From Euprymna scolopes (lineage: Eukaryota): 64,000 nt of DNA. The notes under the pieces are model-generated. The model searched no databases. It saw only the letters and a list, made by a program, of their open reading frames with translations, and was not told the origin of the DNA. The translations under genes were made by a program, and so were the position numbers. The stretch lies in the NCBI GenBank assembly GCA_053919585.1, contig CM132799.1; one strand, written 5' to 3'. Positions 13,796 to 27,407 of this stretch are shown here, piece after piece; the stretch's first letter is position 1; each line of letters starts with the position of its first letter.

Positions 13796-14059
13796 CTTTT
13801 ATTGTGATTTTGAAATGCATTAATGAAAATTAATTTAATGCGTTGTCACCAGCTTACGAAATTCGCTTCTTTATTCGACGCTCCTTCATCGTTTAGAATG
13901 AATTTTTATTTTACTGGCAAAGGGGTATAAAAATGCTGCATATTTTGGAGTAATTTTGCTTTAGCTATCGCCATATGTGGGGGTAATTTTCTTATTCTAA
14001 TACTATTCTTGTAGCCATGTTACTATTAAGGGTGCTGGAGGTAAACGTTTAAACTGTTC

Positions 14060-14740
14060 TGATGATATCAGCCTGGTTGTTAGGACCCGGAACCTTGGAT
14101 CAATCAGTAATGGGAGCCATTCTATCTGCAGGTGCAAAGTATTGGGTCTGCTGTGTTTCCTACTTGAGATTCTGAACCACGCAGTAGCATTTGAAAAAAA
14201 AACTTATCGATGCAATATTAGTGTGTAATTGTTGTGGCGTTTGTTCCACCCCAGTTTTCTTCCTTGCCCTTCTCTTCAGATTGACATTATATCCAATGGG
14301 ATTCCGTTTAGGCCCACCTTAAGCAAGCATTTTTTGGATGCTTTGGAAAACTTCTTGCTTGATAAATGCTCAGACTAACATTTTACAAACGATACATCGA
14401 CAACATATTTTTTTGTTTCGCGACGTATGACGAAACTCTGTCTTTCTTACAATTATTTAATAATGTACACTCCTCCCTGGAATTGACGATGGAAATCGAC
14501 AAATAAGTCTCTACTTTTTATAGATCTTGTAGTTTAAAAAGTAAGGTCCTCCTTTGTGGCATCTATTCATAAAAAATCCCACGATTACAGGGTTTTAAAT
14601 TAGCTGGGATTCTTTCGCACGAACTCAACCTCATTATAAACTTAATCATCTGGCATATAAGATTGCTCAAATTTATATGCTCTTAATTTTGATTTTGGCT
14701 CTCTGAATAATGTGTAATTCTTACCTGAAAATATGAAATG
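14060..14740 (+). mobile_element. Penelope-like element reverse transcriptase fragment (decayed)
   Basis: QID...MGFRLGP.*ASIFLDALE, FYKRYIDNIF, FLQLFNNVHSSLELTME and FIDLVV match the PLE RT pattern QIDGVAMGSPLGP...RYVDD...FLDV. Confidence 0.75.
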
Positions 14741-16707
14741 CATTAACTTTTGTTTTAAAGAGGATTAAGCTTACAAATTTCAAATAAAATATATTTAAAC
14801 CGTGTTAATTGTTGTATTTTTCAGTATTTTGCAACATGGATTCTCGGAAATCTAATGCAAACCACAGATACTATTTTTAAAGGAAGGTTTGGTAATAGAA
14901 ATAATGGCAAACAAAATAACTTGGTAGTCAAGAATATAATTGGCGTTAATTTTACCTAAATAATGAATTGTAAAACTGAAGCACTTCATTAGCATAAGAT
15001 GTGGCTGATTCTGTGATATAGGGATGAATGGATATAAACATTTAAAGAAATTACACTACCAGGATACAGAAATGTGAGGTGCGAAATACGAAGAATTTGT
15101 TCGCAGACAGAATGAAAATTGCCGAAAGAATTCGGACAACAAATGAGATTTTCATACGAGCGCTCATCATTTACCAATAAGACATAACAGGAAGCATAAT
15201 ACCGGAGATCCTGACTGTTTTTATGGATGAATTAAGTGAAAAGCGTATGTAGTTCGTGAATAAACGGAGTGATCACGTTGATTAGGAAGACTGTCGGAAA
15301 TTGATGCAAAAGCCAACGTTGCGAGGAAGTACTGGAATGTGATAAAACATGGCAATTCAATAATTGTTTCATATCATATAGATATCAAAAAAGAGGTGAT
15401 TTAGATATTGTTTTTTGTCAGGTTTCATAAAAATATGGGCACAAAAAATTGAGCAGTTGAAAAACAAATATGCCGTAAGACTTTTAACATGTTAAATAAA
15501 TCAGTGTAATCACAAAGAATCTAGTCCCGGGGGGGGGTAATACAGCTATGAAACCAATTGTATCTATGACTTTCAAGAGTTATGTTGACTAGGTATGTCA
15601 ATATTTTCGGGGGAAATTGTAAATAAACAGAAAACTAATTTGCCGGTCGGTGTCCAATGTGTTCTATCACACTAGCACAATGAAATAAATATCAATATTA
15701 TGATGTATATGAGTGGCAAGACAAATATGAGGCTGTAGAATAGATTGAAGAGCATACAAAAAACTCACACGAATGGAAAAGAAGCCCATGAATTTTGGAA
15801 TAAATTTAACACGAAACCTGACTTTATAATTAAAAAAAAAACTTGATTTCCCGTTTTATCTTGAGGAATTGTCGACGCAAAATTAAGATTAAAAAATCTT
15901 CAACGGAAATCTCATGGGTATTGCCGCGATTAAACTGACACAATGTTAACTCTCAAGACTTAACTTTGGTTAGCAAAACTGAAACATTTACACTCTCTTT
16001 GATTGTAAAGGCCAAAAACACACTTTCGCTATTTAAATAGTTTTCCCCTTTAAACACTGTATTTAGGAAAAAATAAGTTATAATACTAATTTTTCAAAAA
16101 CAAAAAGAAAAATGAAATATGTAAAATAGATTCTGACGAAAAAAAAACGGAAAAGATATAAAATGAAGTATTTAATTGGAATCATATAATCATGATATTT
16201 GTTTAAACTGTCGTATCTGTAACCCTTGCCTAAAATCGGTGAAGTCTTAATAAGCCTTTGCACATATATGTTGATATCATGAAGCAAATAACGCCAATGA
16301 AACTATAGAGATGCACCAACGTGACACGTATGCATATTCCAAAGCTGGTGCGTAAAATTACGTTACAGCATTGGAAGAGGAAGAGGAAGCAAGAAAAGCA
16401 GAGAGAGAAACAAATTACGTTTCAGCACGATATAGTTTTGTTACCAAAGTGTTGGTAAAGGTAGATAGTATTTTAACCGTGGTGATATATGAATAAATTT
16501 TTTGGTAAATCAAGAACTATGATCATCGTATCGCGGGTAAAGGAAATACCTTTCATTAGTTTGCTGAAGTAATGCGCGTTTATAATGCCTTATTTCTTAA
16601 CTGAAAATTATCGTGTCCAATTTGTTTTATTTTTTTGGAAAACCCTCAAGAAAGCTTAGTGTATCTAAAAAAACAAGGAAACATACACTCACACACACAA
16701 ATATATG

Positions 16708-16783
<76 letters not shown>

Positions 16784-17983
16784 TGTTTGTAATACTGAGT
16801 TTTGCTGGGTACGCATAATTCAGTAAATTTTCATATACCAATGAATCTAAGCCAAAGAAAAATGACTTAAAAAGTAAGCTACAATAGTATCATATTTCAT
16901 AATTGAGCAATAATATATTGTATTAACAAAACCAAGACTTCAAAAAAGGAATTGATAGCAGCAAAAAGGGTATTTAATTTTAAGTTACAAGTCATGAGTA
17001 AATCAAGCAGATTATGGATGGATAGCAGATGTAGGCAAAACCCATGGGTAAATAATCAGTTTTAAGATAAATAATTGTCTTTAAATTCTTAATTTGATAA
17101 AAAGGCTATCGTAGTTTTTCGGTATTTGGTTAATTTAATTAATTAATAAATTATAGACACTTTTCAGGTTTTGCAAGGCCTGAAATATACAAACGATCAT
17201 ATGTGTCTCCCTTTAACTGTTATGCGTACTAAATATGACCTTTAATCCCACATACTTTTTAAATTTTGTTAACAACGGGATGGATTATCTCCTTTCGTAT
17301 TTATTTTTTTCACAACTATCTAGAACCATATTAGATTAGAAGGATAATGAATAATAACATATTAAATAATAAAAATAGAATAGGATCCATTACTCCGAAT
17401 GTTGTATGAGGATTAATAAATATAAGGTAATGTCATTCTTTATTTTCCTATTTAATAAAATATTAACCCTAAAATGGTCTTAAATTTAAGCATAAGGATA
17501 ATCGATATTTTGTACATATTGAAGCCACCAATGGTGAATACGAAACTAAATATTTTCCGTAACGTTATAACAAGTTTATTTTGGCCATATTATAAAAAAT
17601 AGAAATAACATTCAAGAAATTTTTTTGCAAAAAAAATAATTGTTTGAATAAGGAAATATAGAAAGCTAATGTAAGAATTCAATGAATAGTATTATTAACT
17701 GATTTTAAATGGCTACGGAATTTATGGAAACTTCTTATGACTGGTTTTAAAATACTGATACGAGCATTAATATTTGAATCGGCTTTTGACGGAGAATGAC
17801 TCCTGGGTAAATGTTTTCGCATGGTGTTATTCAAGAAATCGGAATAAAGGCATGTTATGTGGAAATTTTCAACTGCCGTAATGCTTGAAATTGTCCAACT
17901 GGTAGTGAAACGAGGGTAAGTTAAAATGAAATACAGTTTTTGCAGCTATCCATTTCTTTTTTGGAGCATTGGTTTTGTTAATA

Positions 17984-18018
<35 letters not shown>

Positions 18019-18063
18019 TATCAGTATTCTATAAATTTACATATAAATATTTATAGTAATATA

Positions 18064-18113
<50 letters not shown>

Positions 18114-18808
18114 CATACACATATACGTGTATATACACAAGCTTAAAACACAGGCGAAAAATGCTGTTACCATGGTATATTTTGTATCATTTGTCCGGGT
18201 GATGAAATATTTTACAAATAGCTGGATACGNNNNNNNNNNNNNNNNNNNNNNNNNNNNNNNNNNNNNNNNNNNNNNNNNNNNNNNNNNNNNNNNNNNNNN
18301 NNNNNNNNNNNNNNNNNNNNNNNNNNNNNNNNNNNNNNNNNNNNNNNNNNNNNNNNNNNNNNNACACGTAATGTATCAAATTTGATGGAATTCATTAGGC
18401 TCTGAAATAAGTGGCATAAACTTAAATAAACTGAAATAAGTGGCTTCTTCTTTATGTAGATAAAAAGGTATAGCAAACATCTAAATGAATATTTTAACCA
18501 CAGTTCCTGATTTCAAAAAGCGAAAAATTAAACGATTCATCAACCTTACATTTAATGCTAGGTTTATTTATGCTATCTTTTAAATTCAATAAAAACCCTT
18601 CAAAATTAGCTGACGAGGAGACCTTGCTTATTAAAAAAACTATATGTAATTATTGTACGTAACTTGATGTATACCACAATAAAAAGCATTGTTTTCCGAA
18701 ACGATCGTACAGATAATTGATTTTGTTATTGTTCCTTCTTATGAAACGGATTTTTAATTTAATTATAATTTGATTTTTAAATTTTAAATTATCAATCACA
18801 ATACTTAA

Positions 18809-18874
<66 letters not shown>

Positions 18875-18959
18875 CAAAGGATTAATAAAACATGTTAAAA
18901 GACATCTTGAAAAAATGTTAAAAACATATTTAATTTTAAAAAAGGAAGCACAAGATAAG

Positions 18960-19250
18960 TAGATAGTCTTTAATCTGCGCAGTTTCGAAGAAATACTCTC
19001 CTTCTCATCAGAGGGATGGAATTAGCAAAATGCGGGATCGGACTTTGCATATAAAAGTATTAATCAAACTACAAGTAAGTCACATATCTTACTTGGTAAA
19101 AAAAAGGGTGAGGCAAGGGAAATAGGAGGTAAAAGAAAATGATAAAAAGATTTCACATGAATGGATAGTCCGGTGAAGGGTAAAAAATCCAAGAATGGTA
19201 AAAATCCAAAACGGTCGAATTTCAAATTTCCAATCCAATGGGTAAATTCC
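18960..19250 (-). mobile_element. PLE 3' end/pseudo-LTR remnant with a degenerate hammerhead core
   Basis: Minus strand reads CTGATGA-GAAGGA..TTCTTC-GAAAC-TGCGCA-G (about 18975-19011). An upstream HWIGNLK resembles a GIY-YIG C-terminus. An (AT)n tract is nearby. Confidence 0.45.
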
Positions 19251-21199
19251 NNNNNNNNNNNNNNNNNNNNNNNNNNNNNNNNNNNNNNNNNNNNNNNNNN
19301 NNNNNNNNNNNNNNNNNNNNNNNNNNNNNNNNNNNNNNNNNNNNNNNNNNNNNNNNNNNNNNNNNNNNNNNNNNNNNNNNATAAAACGTAAGTTTACTCA
19401 TTGTAACCGAATGGGCTTGAAGTAAGGGTTTTTTTTCTGTGAGGTTCCGCCAATAGTATGCCACATAATTCAATTAAAGTACTTCAATTTACTTATATAT
19501 GTGCAGTAATTTTAATTAGTTGTTATTTGTATTATTAATTTTCAAATGTAAAATGATGGTCTTAGTAATNNNNNNNNNNNNNNNNNNNNNNNNNNNNNNN
19601 NNNNNNNNNNNNNNNNNNNNNNNNNNNNNNNNNNNNNNNNNNNNNNNNNNNNNNNNNNNNNNNNNNNNNNNNNNNNNNNNNNNNNNNNNNNNNNNNNNNN
19701 NNNNNNNNNNNTACCAAGCCTGTTTTACTTTAAGTTTTCAGTTATTTTTATAGTATGATTCGTGCAAAAATGTACACTTAAGGGATCACCTTTTTACATA
19801 TGACAATAAGAAAAACTGATTTTACTTAATAGCGTTATCTGAGTTAATGTTTTTAGCTAGAGAATTATTTTAAGTAATCTATTTAAAATAGTGCTTTAAT
19901 AAATGTTATACAACAATTATTTGGATAATATGTTTTATTTCATATATTTGGAATTATTATTTCCAACAGCGACCTTTTTTAAAACATTTTAGAGGTATTT
20001 GCTCTAGATACTATGAATAAAAAACAAACGTTTGCCAAATAAAATCATTTGGTAATTTCATTAAGTTCCCAGCTGGACAAATAATACCGTGTAGATAGGA
20101 AAATGTTTAGATTTTATTGTTTTTTTAATATTAAAATAAAAAACATAAAATATTTCATTGGTCTGTTTTATTTTACTCTTTAAACGGCTGTATAGAAATC
20201 GGAAATTACATCGGAGACAAAAAATATACGATAAATATAATTAATTTTTATGAGACCATTCCCTACTCTCACCTAAAAATGTAATAAAAAAACAAACCCA
20301 CAACATAACAAATTCAATTTTTTAGTGGTAGGGGGAATTACATTAGAAACATAAAACGACAGAGAAAAAGCAAATCGAAAAGCACCTCGCTTAAAAAGAC
20401 AAATTAGTAATTTCCTTTATTTACAAAAAAAACAATCCAGTAAAAGGTGCTCTTACAAAAAATAAAGGTTAATGTGTAGTTTATCGGCGTATTTTTTTGA
20501 CAGACAAAATTATAAAAACTATATATTTCTATATAAAGCATTATTAGACCTAAAGGCTGAAATATATTTTTTTAAATTCGTTTTTATGAGACTAAATATG
20601 CACGCTTTTCACGTTGAAAATTTCGGCCTTTTTAGGTTGAACATATTGGCCTTTTTAATGCCAAATCTTGCTTTTTTACGCTCTTTTATTACAAAAAATA
20701 TAGAGGCTAAAAACATAGTTAATGAAAGAGCTAAAACAGCTAATCTGCCAAACCTTAAAATACCAAATTTTAAATAAATACAGCGGCCTCGCATTGTAAA
20801 TATAAATTATAAAAAAATAATAACAATGATTTTCTTGTTTTATTTCAGATTTTGTGTCTAACAATATGTTTTATATAAAAATAAACAGTTTTTATTATTT
20901 TTTGTCTGGCAAATAATGTACGCCGCTAAAATACACATTAACCTAAATGAAAAATAACGCACGCATTAATGTTTATATCCATTATTTTTTTAGGTTCACA
21001 AAATCTTGAGTTTTCTTAGGACAGTAATCTCTTCTGCCGAAATATCTGGTGGAGAGCGTATCAGATATTTTGTGGGAGGGATTATGTTTATATGTATTTA
21101 CCCGTTCGTGTATTTTTGAAATTATTGTAGGGATATCCATGTACTTAGGATGAAAATGATTAGTATAGCAGGTGTGTGTCAAATACAACCTCATACTAA

Positions 21200-21228
21200 C
21201 ACAGGCAACGCCGGGTACTCACACTAGT
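21200..21228 (+). mobile_element. Helitron-like 3' terminus
   Basis: CAGGCAACGCCGGGTACTCACACTAG|T: a GC-rich hairpin motif about 12 nt before CTAG, followed by T. The 5' end was not located. Confidence 0.6.
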
Positions 21229-21399
21229 AATATATACACGTCTAAAACATAATTGTATAGATGTATCATTTTCATAAACTAAAATATGTATATGCATACT
21301 TATCTTTATATGCAATAATGCACATGAATAGTTCTATGTCACATCCAGAGATTTATGTACAAGTATTCAAATTTATATCAGGAAACATTTATACGTAAA

Positions 21400-22062
21400 A
21401 AACTTACCTATTCACGTCCCTACATTTTGGTTTATTTGGTTATAAATCTTTCTCCCTTTAAATAGATAAGTTCCTGACCTGCTTGCACAGCGAATGTCTG
21501 TAATTACCAAAATCCATTCTATAATGCATATTATGTGGCGGCACCTTTGGATCTTTTGTTCCATAGGTTGTTCATATGCTCGTTAATCTATCATGGGATG
21601 TCAAACTATAAAATAACATAAACTACATAAAGTTGCGACCACCTTGATTGAATGGATATATTCTCCTCATAGTTTTTCTGTAGTAATCAACATTCTTGCA
21701 TTTCTTATCTTTTGTGCTTGAATCATCTCTATTATATACCGTATATGTTATTACATCTGCTGTGTTGATCTCTTTGCCCTAAGAAATAGATGCCGATACA
21801 AAGAGAACGTAATTACCAATATTTCCAACTGCGATAGTTCAGATCTTTCATTAGTGAGATTCATATAATCTGGCGACAGATTTAACATGGCAACTGTTTT
21901 CTTTTTCTTGTCGAAAAGGTTTTTTCGTCGTACAATCAATCTTTTCTATTTATCGCATGGCGTTGACCTCAATAGAAACAAACAGACCGCTTGAAACGCG
22001 CACACAACTTACCATAATTAGTGGAAGGAACTACGTCAATATGGTGGCGATGAAAAGGGCCT
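21400..22062 (-). mobile_element. Decayed THAP-domain DNA transposon left end (ISL2EU/Harbinger-like)
   Basis: Terminus AGGCCCTTTTCATCGCCACCATATT, then ATG at 22015 (MVSCV), HAINRKD* and LSPDYM, which resemble THAP motifs (M..CC, WL.AI.RKDW, PDYVP). The left boundary is uncertain. Confidence 0.4.
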
Positions 22063-23087
22063 CATTGGAAAGGTAGAACATTTGCCGTTACAACGTAGGA
22101 AAAGATGATCCATACAATAAACTGGCTACAAATACAATTATATCAATATTTCTTAAACTGACAAAACTTCTAACTGGCATCTTGTTTTCCTGGCCTACGG
22201 TTTTTTGTGAATAATGTTTATATATACGTATGATTACTTTAACCTACATTATTTAGGTGTCAGCTGCGCTGTGTGAAATCTGTATTAGCGTTCTTTTTGC
22301 AATATATGAAAAAGCAGTTCAAATAAGTATGTATATGGGAGAGATTATTAAATATAATTATCTAATCCGTGTGTATAGTTGAAAATTGAAACTGTCTGTA
22401 TAGATGATCGATTACCGCAGAGATTGTACCATGTAACAGATGTAGACGTAAGAGGTTAAGTTATATCACAACAGTATTAAGTAAAATCATAAAGGAAAAT
22501 ATTTAACATCGATGAGTATTGTGTTTATTTGAAATTAATATAGTGTGTTCTAAAAGACACGAAGAAAAGAGTGAACATATATTAGAAAAGATGAAAAAAG
22601 CAGGACATTCGTTAGGAATTTATTATTTTTTACAAAACTCAGCTATGTTTGACAGATTTTATTGGAAATCCAAGCAACATATATACTCAATGCTATAGAA
22701 TGCATCCATATTTTATTTTAATTGTGACAATGATGAAAGTGCACTTTTAGAATCAGATAGTTTGTGTGGGTCAGCTGAATAATTGTATGCAAATATGTCA
22801 TATTAAACAAACTCATAGAAACACATATTACAGGTGCATAAATTGAACGAACAAAGTATATCTCATTTGTTCACAGAACTAAAAAATCAGTATCCCTATT
22901 ATTAATAAAAAATAAATGTTTGGCAAAAATTTGTTTTTATTATTTTAATAAAATACAACACGACACATCCATTATGATTACGTGTCATATAGCTACAGAA
23001 CCTCTTCCAATCATTTCTGCTGATTATGCTGTCTAGTGACTTAGTGATATAGTATAAATATTGATTCGCTTTGCTATTATTAATGTA

Positions 23088-24130
23088 CAGGGTGCGTAAA
23101 CGAAATTTAGAATCTACTTTGACCTCAATAAATTCATACAATTATAATTTCCCATTTTTCCTGATACAAATAAATTCTTCAGTAGTCGTTTGAGCCACTG
23201 TTCGTTTCAATCAGACGGGAAATGTCATCAGTAATAGCATAAAGGCAGAGAGTGCTGGAACTTCCTCGCGCGCAAACTCGCCCACACGATATTGCTGCCA
23301 TCGTTGAAGTGTCCTTGGCAGCAGTTACAACGTCAGGACCCGATTTAAGGCTACAATGTAGGCAACAATGAGAGGTATTCGGCTCCCTCTTCAGCCAACA
23401 AAAAACAGCCATAGGCTTTCCCAAAGGATGTGGAGGTCAAAATCAAACAGGACCCAGCAGTCTCAATGCAGAAACTCGCCAAATACAAAAGCGTAAGCGA
23501 GGGGGGGGCATCGCCAGCGTTGTCAAGAACGGTTTTGGAATGTTTTACAACGTCAGAGTCGTCAGACAACTCCTCAAAAAGCCTCAGAGGGAGACCCGGC
23601 TTACCAACTTCAAAAAGGTCATATGTTGGCTTACGAATAGAGAGAATGCATAAAAGGTGAAAATCTTCAGTGACGAAAAGCTTTTTGCCGTCGACCAGAC
23701 TGTTAACCGGCGCAATGTTATCATGACTGAAACTACCAGCAGCAATGTAAAGCAAACTTTATTGGTCAACAATTTTGCATAGATTTAGTCAATTTCATTC
23801 TTGTTATCCTGTTCACCTGATCAAAATGTCCGTTACTATTCTATTTGGAGCGTTGTGGATGCAGAAACCTTCAACACTCTCCACAGTAGTGTTGAAGCTT
23901 TGAAGCTGTCCATCATGACAGCCCGGAACGATATATCGGAGGACTATCATGCCTTCAGGCGCTGTGTGGAGGCAGTGATTGGTGTAGAAGGCGGACACTT
24001 CGAATAGCCACTATTCCAACCTTCCTGAACAACATTCGTTTAAAAAATATATGCAGAGTCTGTCTCTACAAGTTGCTACACTCATTTTATTTTCAACTTC
24101 GATAATTCTTAATTCCGCTTACGCACCCTG
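23088..24130 (+). mobile_element. Tc1/mariner superfamily element, DD37D/maT-like, internally deleted, both ends present
   Basis: TIRs CAGGGTGCGTAAACGAAATTTAGAAT / ATTCTTAATTCCGCTTACGCACCCTG with TA on both sides. Protein pieces: IKQDPAVSMQKLAK, FSDEKLFAVDQTVNRRN, SPDQNVRYYSIWS and FRRCVEAVIGVEGGHFE*. Confidence 0.9.
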
Positions 24131-26914
24131 TAACTCGTAGCTAATATAACAAAATCCGTTGCCAATTCGCGATGATAACGTCTATAAATATTCTGAGAAC
24201 CAGCTTTGGTAAATGTGTGATTGTAAGAAGTTTCTATATGATAAATGTGCAATTCATGATAACTTGTGAGACTGCTGCGTGTTCTACTCACGCATTTTTT
24301 CTATTATATTTAGGGAGAAAGTAATGATAGTATAATAATTTTGGCATACTCGTATCGTGCACATAATCATATTATCATTTTTTAGTAGATAATTATATTA
24401 TTAATTCGTCAAAAGATATGAAATTTACCATCTGGTTTTATTTAGTGGTTATTATATCAGTTTGGCAAGTGTTAATATTTATGGCGTAAAACTGTGTTTT
24501 AAACATTTTTACTTCTGCGTATATAAGCGAACTTCACCCATGTTTATGTTTACTTTTTCAAAAATACATTACACAAATATTACTCCAATTTGTCTTGTTC
24601 CTGTTATCACAATAATGGTATGTCTTAAAATCTACTGTGCAGATGCAAATAATATGTAAGTCTTAGAAAAATACAAGTGTACAAAATAATTACCAAGGTA
24701 CAATTTTGTAAAATATCGCGCATATCATAAGGTCGCATCCGTTTGTGGGAAGGGATTAATGCTCATTTAAACTGCCTCATTGTGTAAAAATGTCAATAAT
24801 TTGTAGGTGTGCATTTTCTGAATAGACGAGATATTATCGCACCACGTTTCTCTGTTGGAAGATTCGATTATTTTATCCCATCTCGTTTACTAAATTACCA
24901 CTTTATTGCAACATCAGGGTAAAGGTACAATTTCTCATCGTCTACAAACATCTGCTCATCAGTTTTAGTTACAGAGTTTATTGTACACACATCATTTTAT
25001 AAACACTCCTAAATATATGTCCAAAACATGTACATATATCCTACAAAAACAAACATTGCTACAATATATTTTGTTTTCGTATAAAGAGTAAAATCAGGAG
25101 ATAATAATAATCGACACATAATGATATTTTTATGTGTAGTATTTTAATATATTGGATTATTTTATGTTAACATACGTTTAAAATGAAGGTCTAACCATCC
25201 GGGAAAAGACACACATAATCCCGAGAGGGATTCACTATTTGTCTTTTCTAAATGGAACTTTTTAATGAATAGAATGTCTTACCCATAATATGAACCTCGC
25301 TCTTTAATATACATAAGGGAAACCAAAGGTGCATAATATTTTTCTATTATTAAAGAACGTTCACAAAATTTGCAGGCCTCAAAATTATCATGAATAGCGT
25401 CAATCATACATTATTTTATATATATATATACACTCTTTTTTTAATCGTCAGGGCATGGTTATACATTTTAAGCGGCCAAAATATTATCTAATGCCCGGAG
25501 AAAGTTCAGTTCGAATTGAAAATTACAGGAAACGATATCTATTATTACCTGAACGCATGGATATTTAACCTGCCGCCAGGTGTTACGTTTGCAAAGAAAT
25601 TAACAAACAATCGATTTGGAGATGACGGCATTTGTCAATGCAACTGGAGTTTAGTAGCCTTAAGTTATACGACACATGTCATCTTGCACAAGGTCATTGG
25701 CATCATATCTAACTTTTCTTAAGGCATGCACCACAATGCAGCAAAACGGATAAGTAATATATCTCGATAGGCATCTTCTTAAACAATCGAAATAACATAT
25801 CATTGCATAAAAGATAGAATATTGAACGCGTACTTATCGGAAATGTGCATTGCCGTTTCATTCGAAAGATCACAAAGATATATGTATTATTTCATATAAA
25901 AATATCTTACAAGTATATAATTCAGTAATTTATATTAGGGGAAATATTACACGTCTATGGAATAAAAACAATGTTTTGATTGCATTTTAGACTTTGTTGC
26001 CTTCACCATCGCTTCAAATATGCCGGTGTAACCGTGGCCTTTGCAATATATGCCGTTAAAGCCAGTAAGCTGCAAAATTACGAAGTAACTTAGGTTCTCG
26101 CAAGGTGGATGTGCAGAACAGTCAAACTGTCCATAATTAATCATTTCTTTTTCAAACATTAGAAAATATTTAGATTACATTACAGTGAGAAAAACAAAAT
26201 CACGATAGTCTGTACTAAAACTCATCAAATTAAAAGAAATCGAAACTAAAAGTGTATGTTTATACATTTAAGTAATTAAACATTTTGTTGTGTTAGTATT
26301 TTTAAAATAGAAATACATTGATTATTTACTTCTAAATTACATTTACAAAAAAGAGAAAAACACGATTCGATTTATATTAAAACTGAACTTTTGTTCGTAT
26401 GTATAAAGCTTCAGAAGACAATCACATGTTTCCAAATCAGACAATAACAATATAAAACAATCAAATGAAATTCAAACAATAAATATCGTTGTTAATTTAA
26501 AAAAAAAATCCAATTAAGGAATAATATATATATATATAAAAATATCGTCTTTAAATAAAAAACTAACAGGAATTAATATTTTTCAACAAGTACGAATAAC
26601 AATATATTTGGTACTGATGCATTTATGTTACGTGTAATTTTCAAATCAGATTTTCAACTTCAATTCATGTATTACAATATCATGTTTCTTCTATTTATTG
26701 AGGCTTATTTCCTTATCTTTTCTTAGTTGTCTCACGATGTTTCAAATAACGTTTTTATTTTTCCGTAGAAACATAAGTGCATCAGTACCATGTATTTATT
26801 AAATCCAAACTAGCGATATTTTTATCGAAACAACCAAAAAAGATATTATTAAAACATTCGATTAGTTTAACTAGGAAACAAACGATCAGTTAACAAAATG
26901 AATTAAAAAATAAG

Positions 26915-27407
26915 ACTAAAAACTAATGCAAAAAATAATGCTAAAAAATAATGTTAAAAATAATGCTAAAAAATAATGTTAAAAAATAATGCTAAAAAAT
27001 AATGTTAAAAACAATGTTAAAAATAATGTTAAAAAAATGTTAAAAAATAATGCTAAAAAAGAATGCTAAAAAATAATGTTCAAAAATAATGCTAAAAAAT
27101 AATGTTAAAAATAATGCTAAAAAATAATGTTAAAAATAATGTCAAAAAATAATGCTAAATAATGCTAAAATAATAATGTTAAAAAATAATGCTAAAAAAT
27201 AATGTAAAAAAATGTCAGAAATAATGTTAAAAAATAATGTTAAAAAATAATGCTAAAAATAATGTTAAAAAATAATGTATAAAAAATAATGTTAAAAATA
27301 ATGCTAAAGAAGAATGCTAAAAAAAGAATGTTACAAATAATGCTAAAAAATAATGTAAAAAGATAATGTTAAAAAATAATGCTAAAAAATAATGTTAAAA
27401 AATAATG
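26915..27407. repeat. Minisatellite, 12-13-bp unit (A5-6)TAATG(C/T)T, roughly 40 copies
   Basis: Seen directly. GCT and GTT variants often alternate. Confidence 0.95.

Noticed and set aside
14820-15800. Decayed coding-like stretch after a TTTTTCAG acceptor
   Set aside because: There are stops in the frames I read and no recognisable motif. It is probably an old DNA transposon but cannot be classified by eye.
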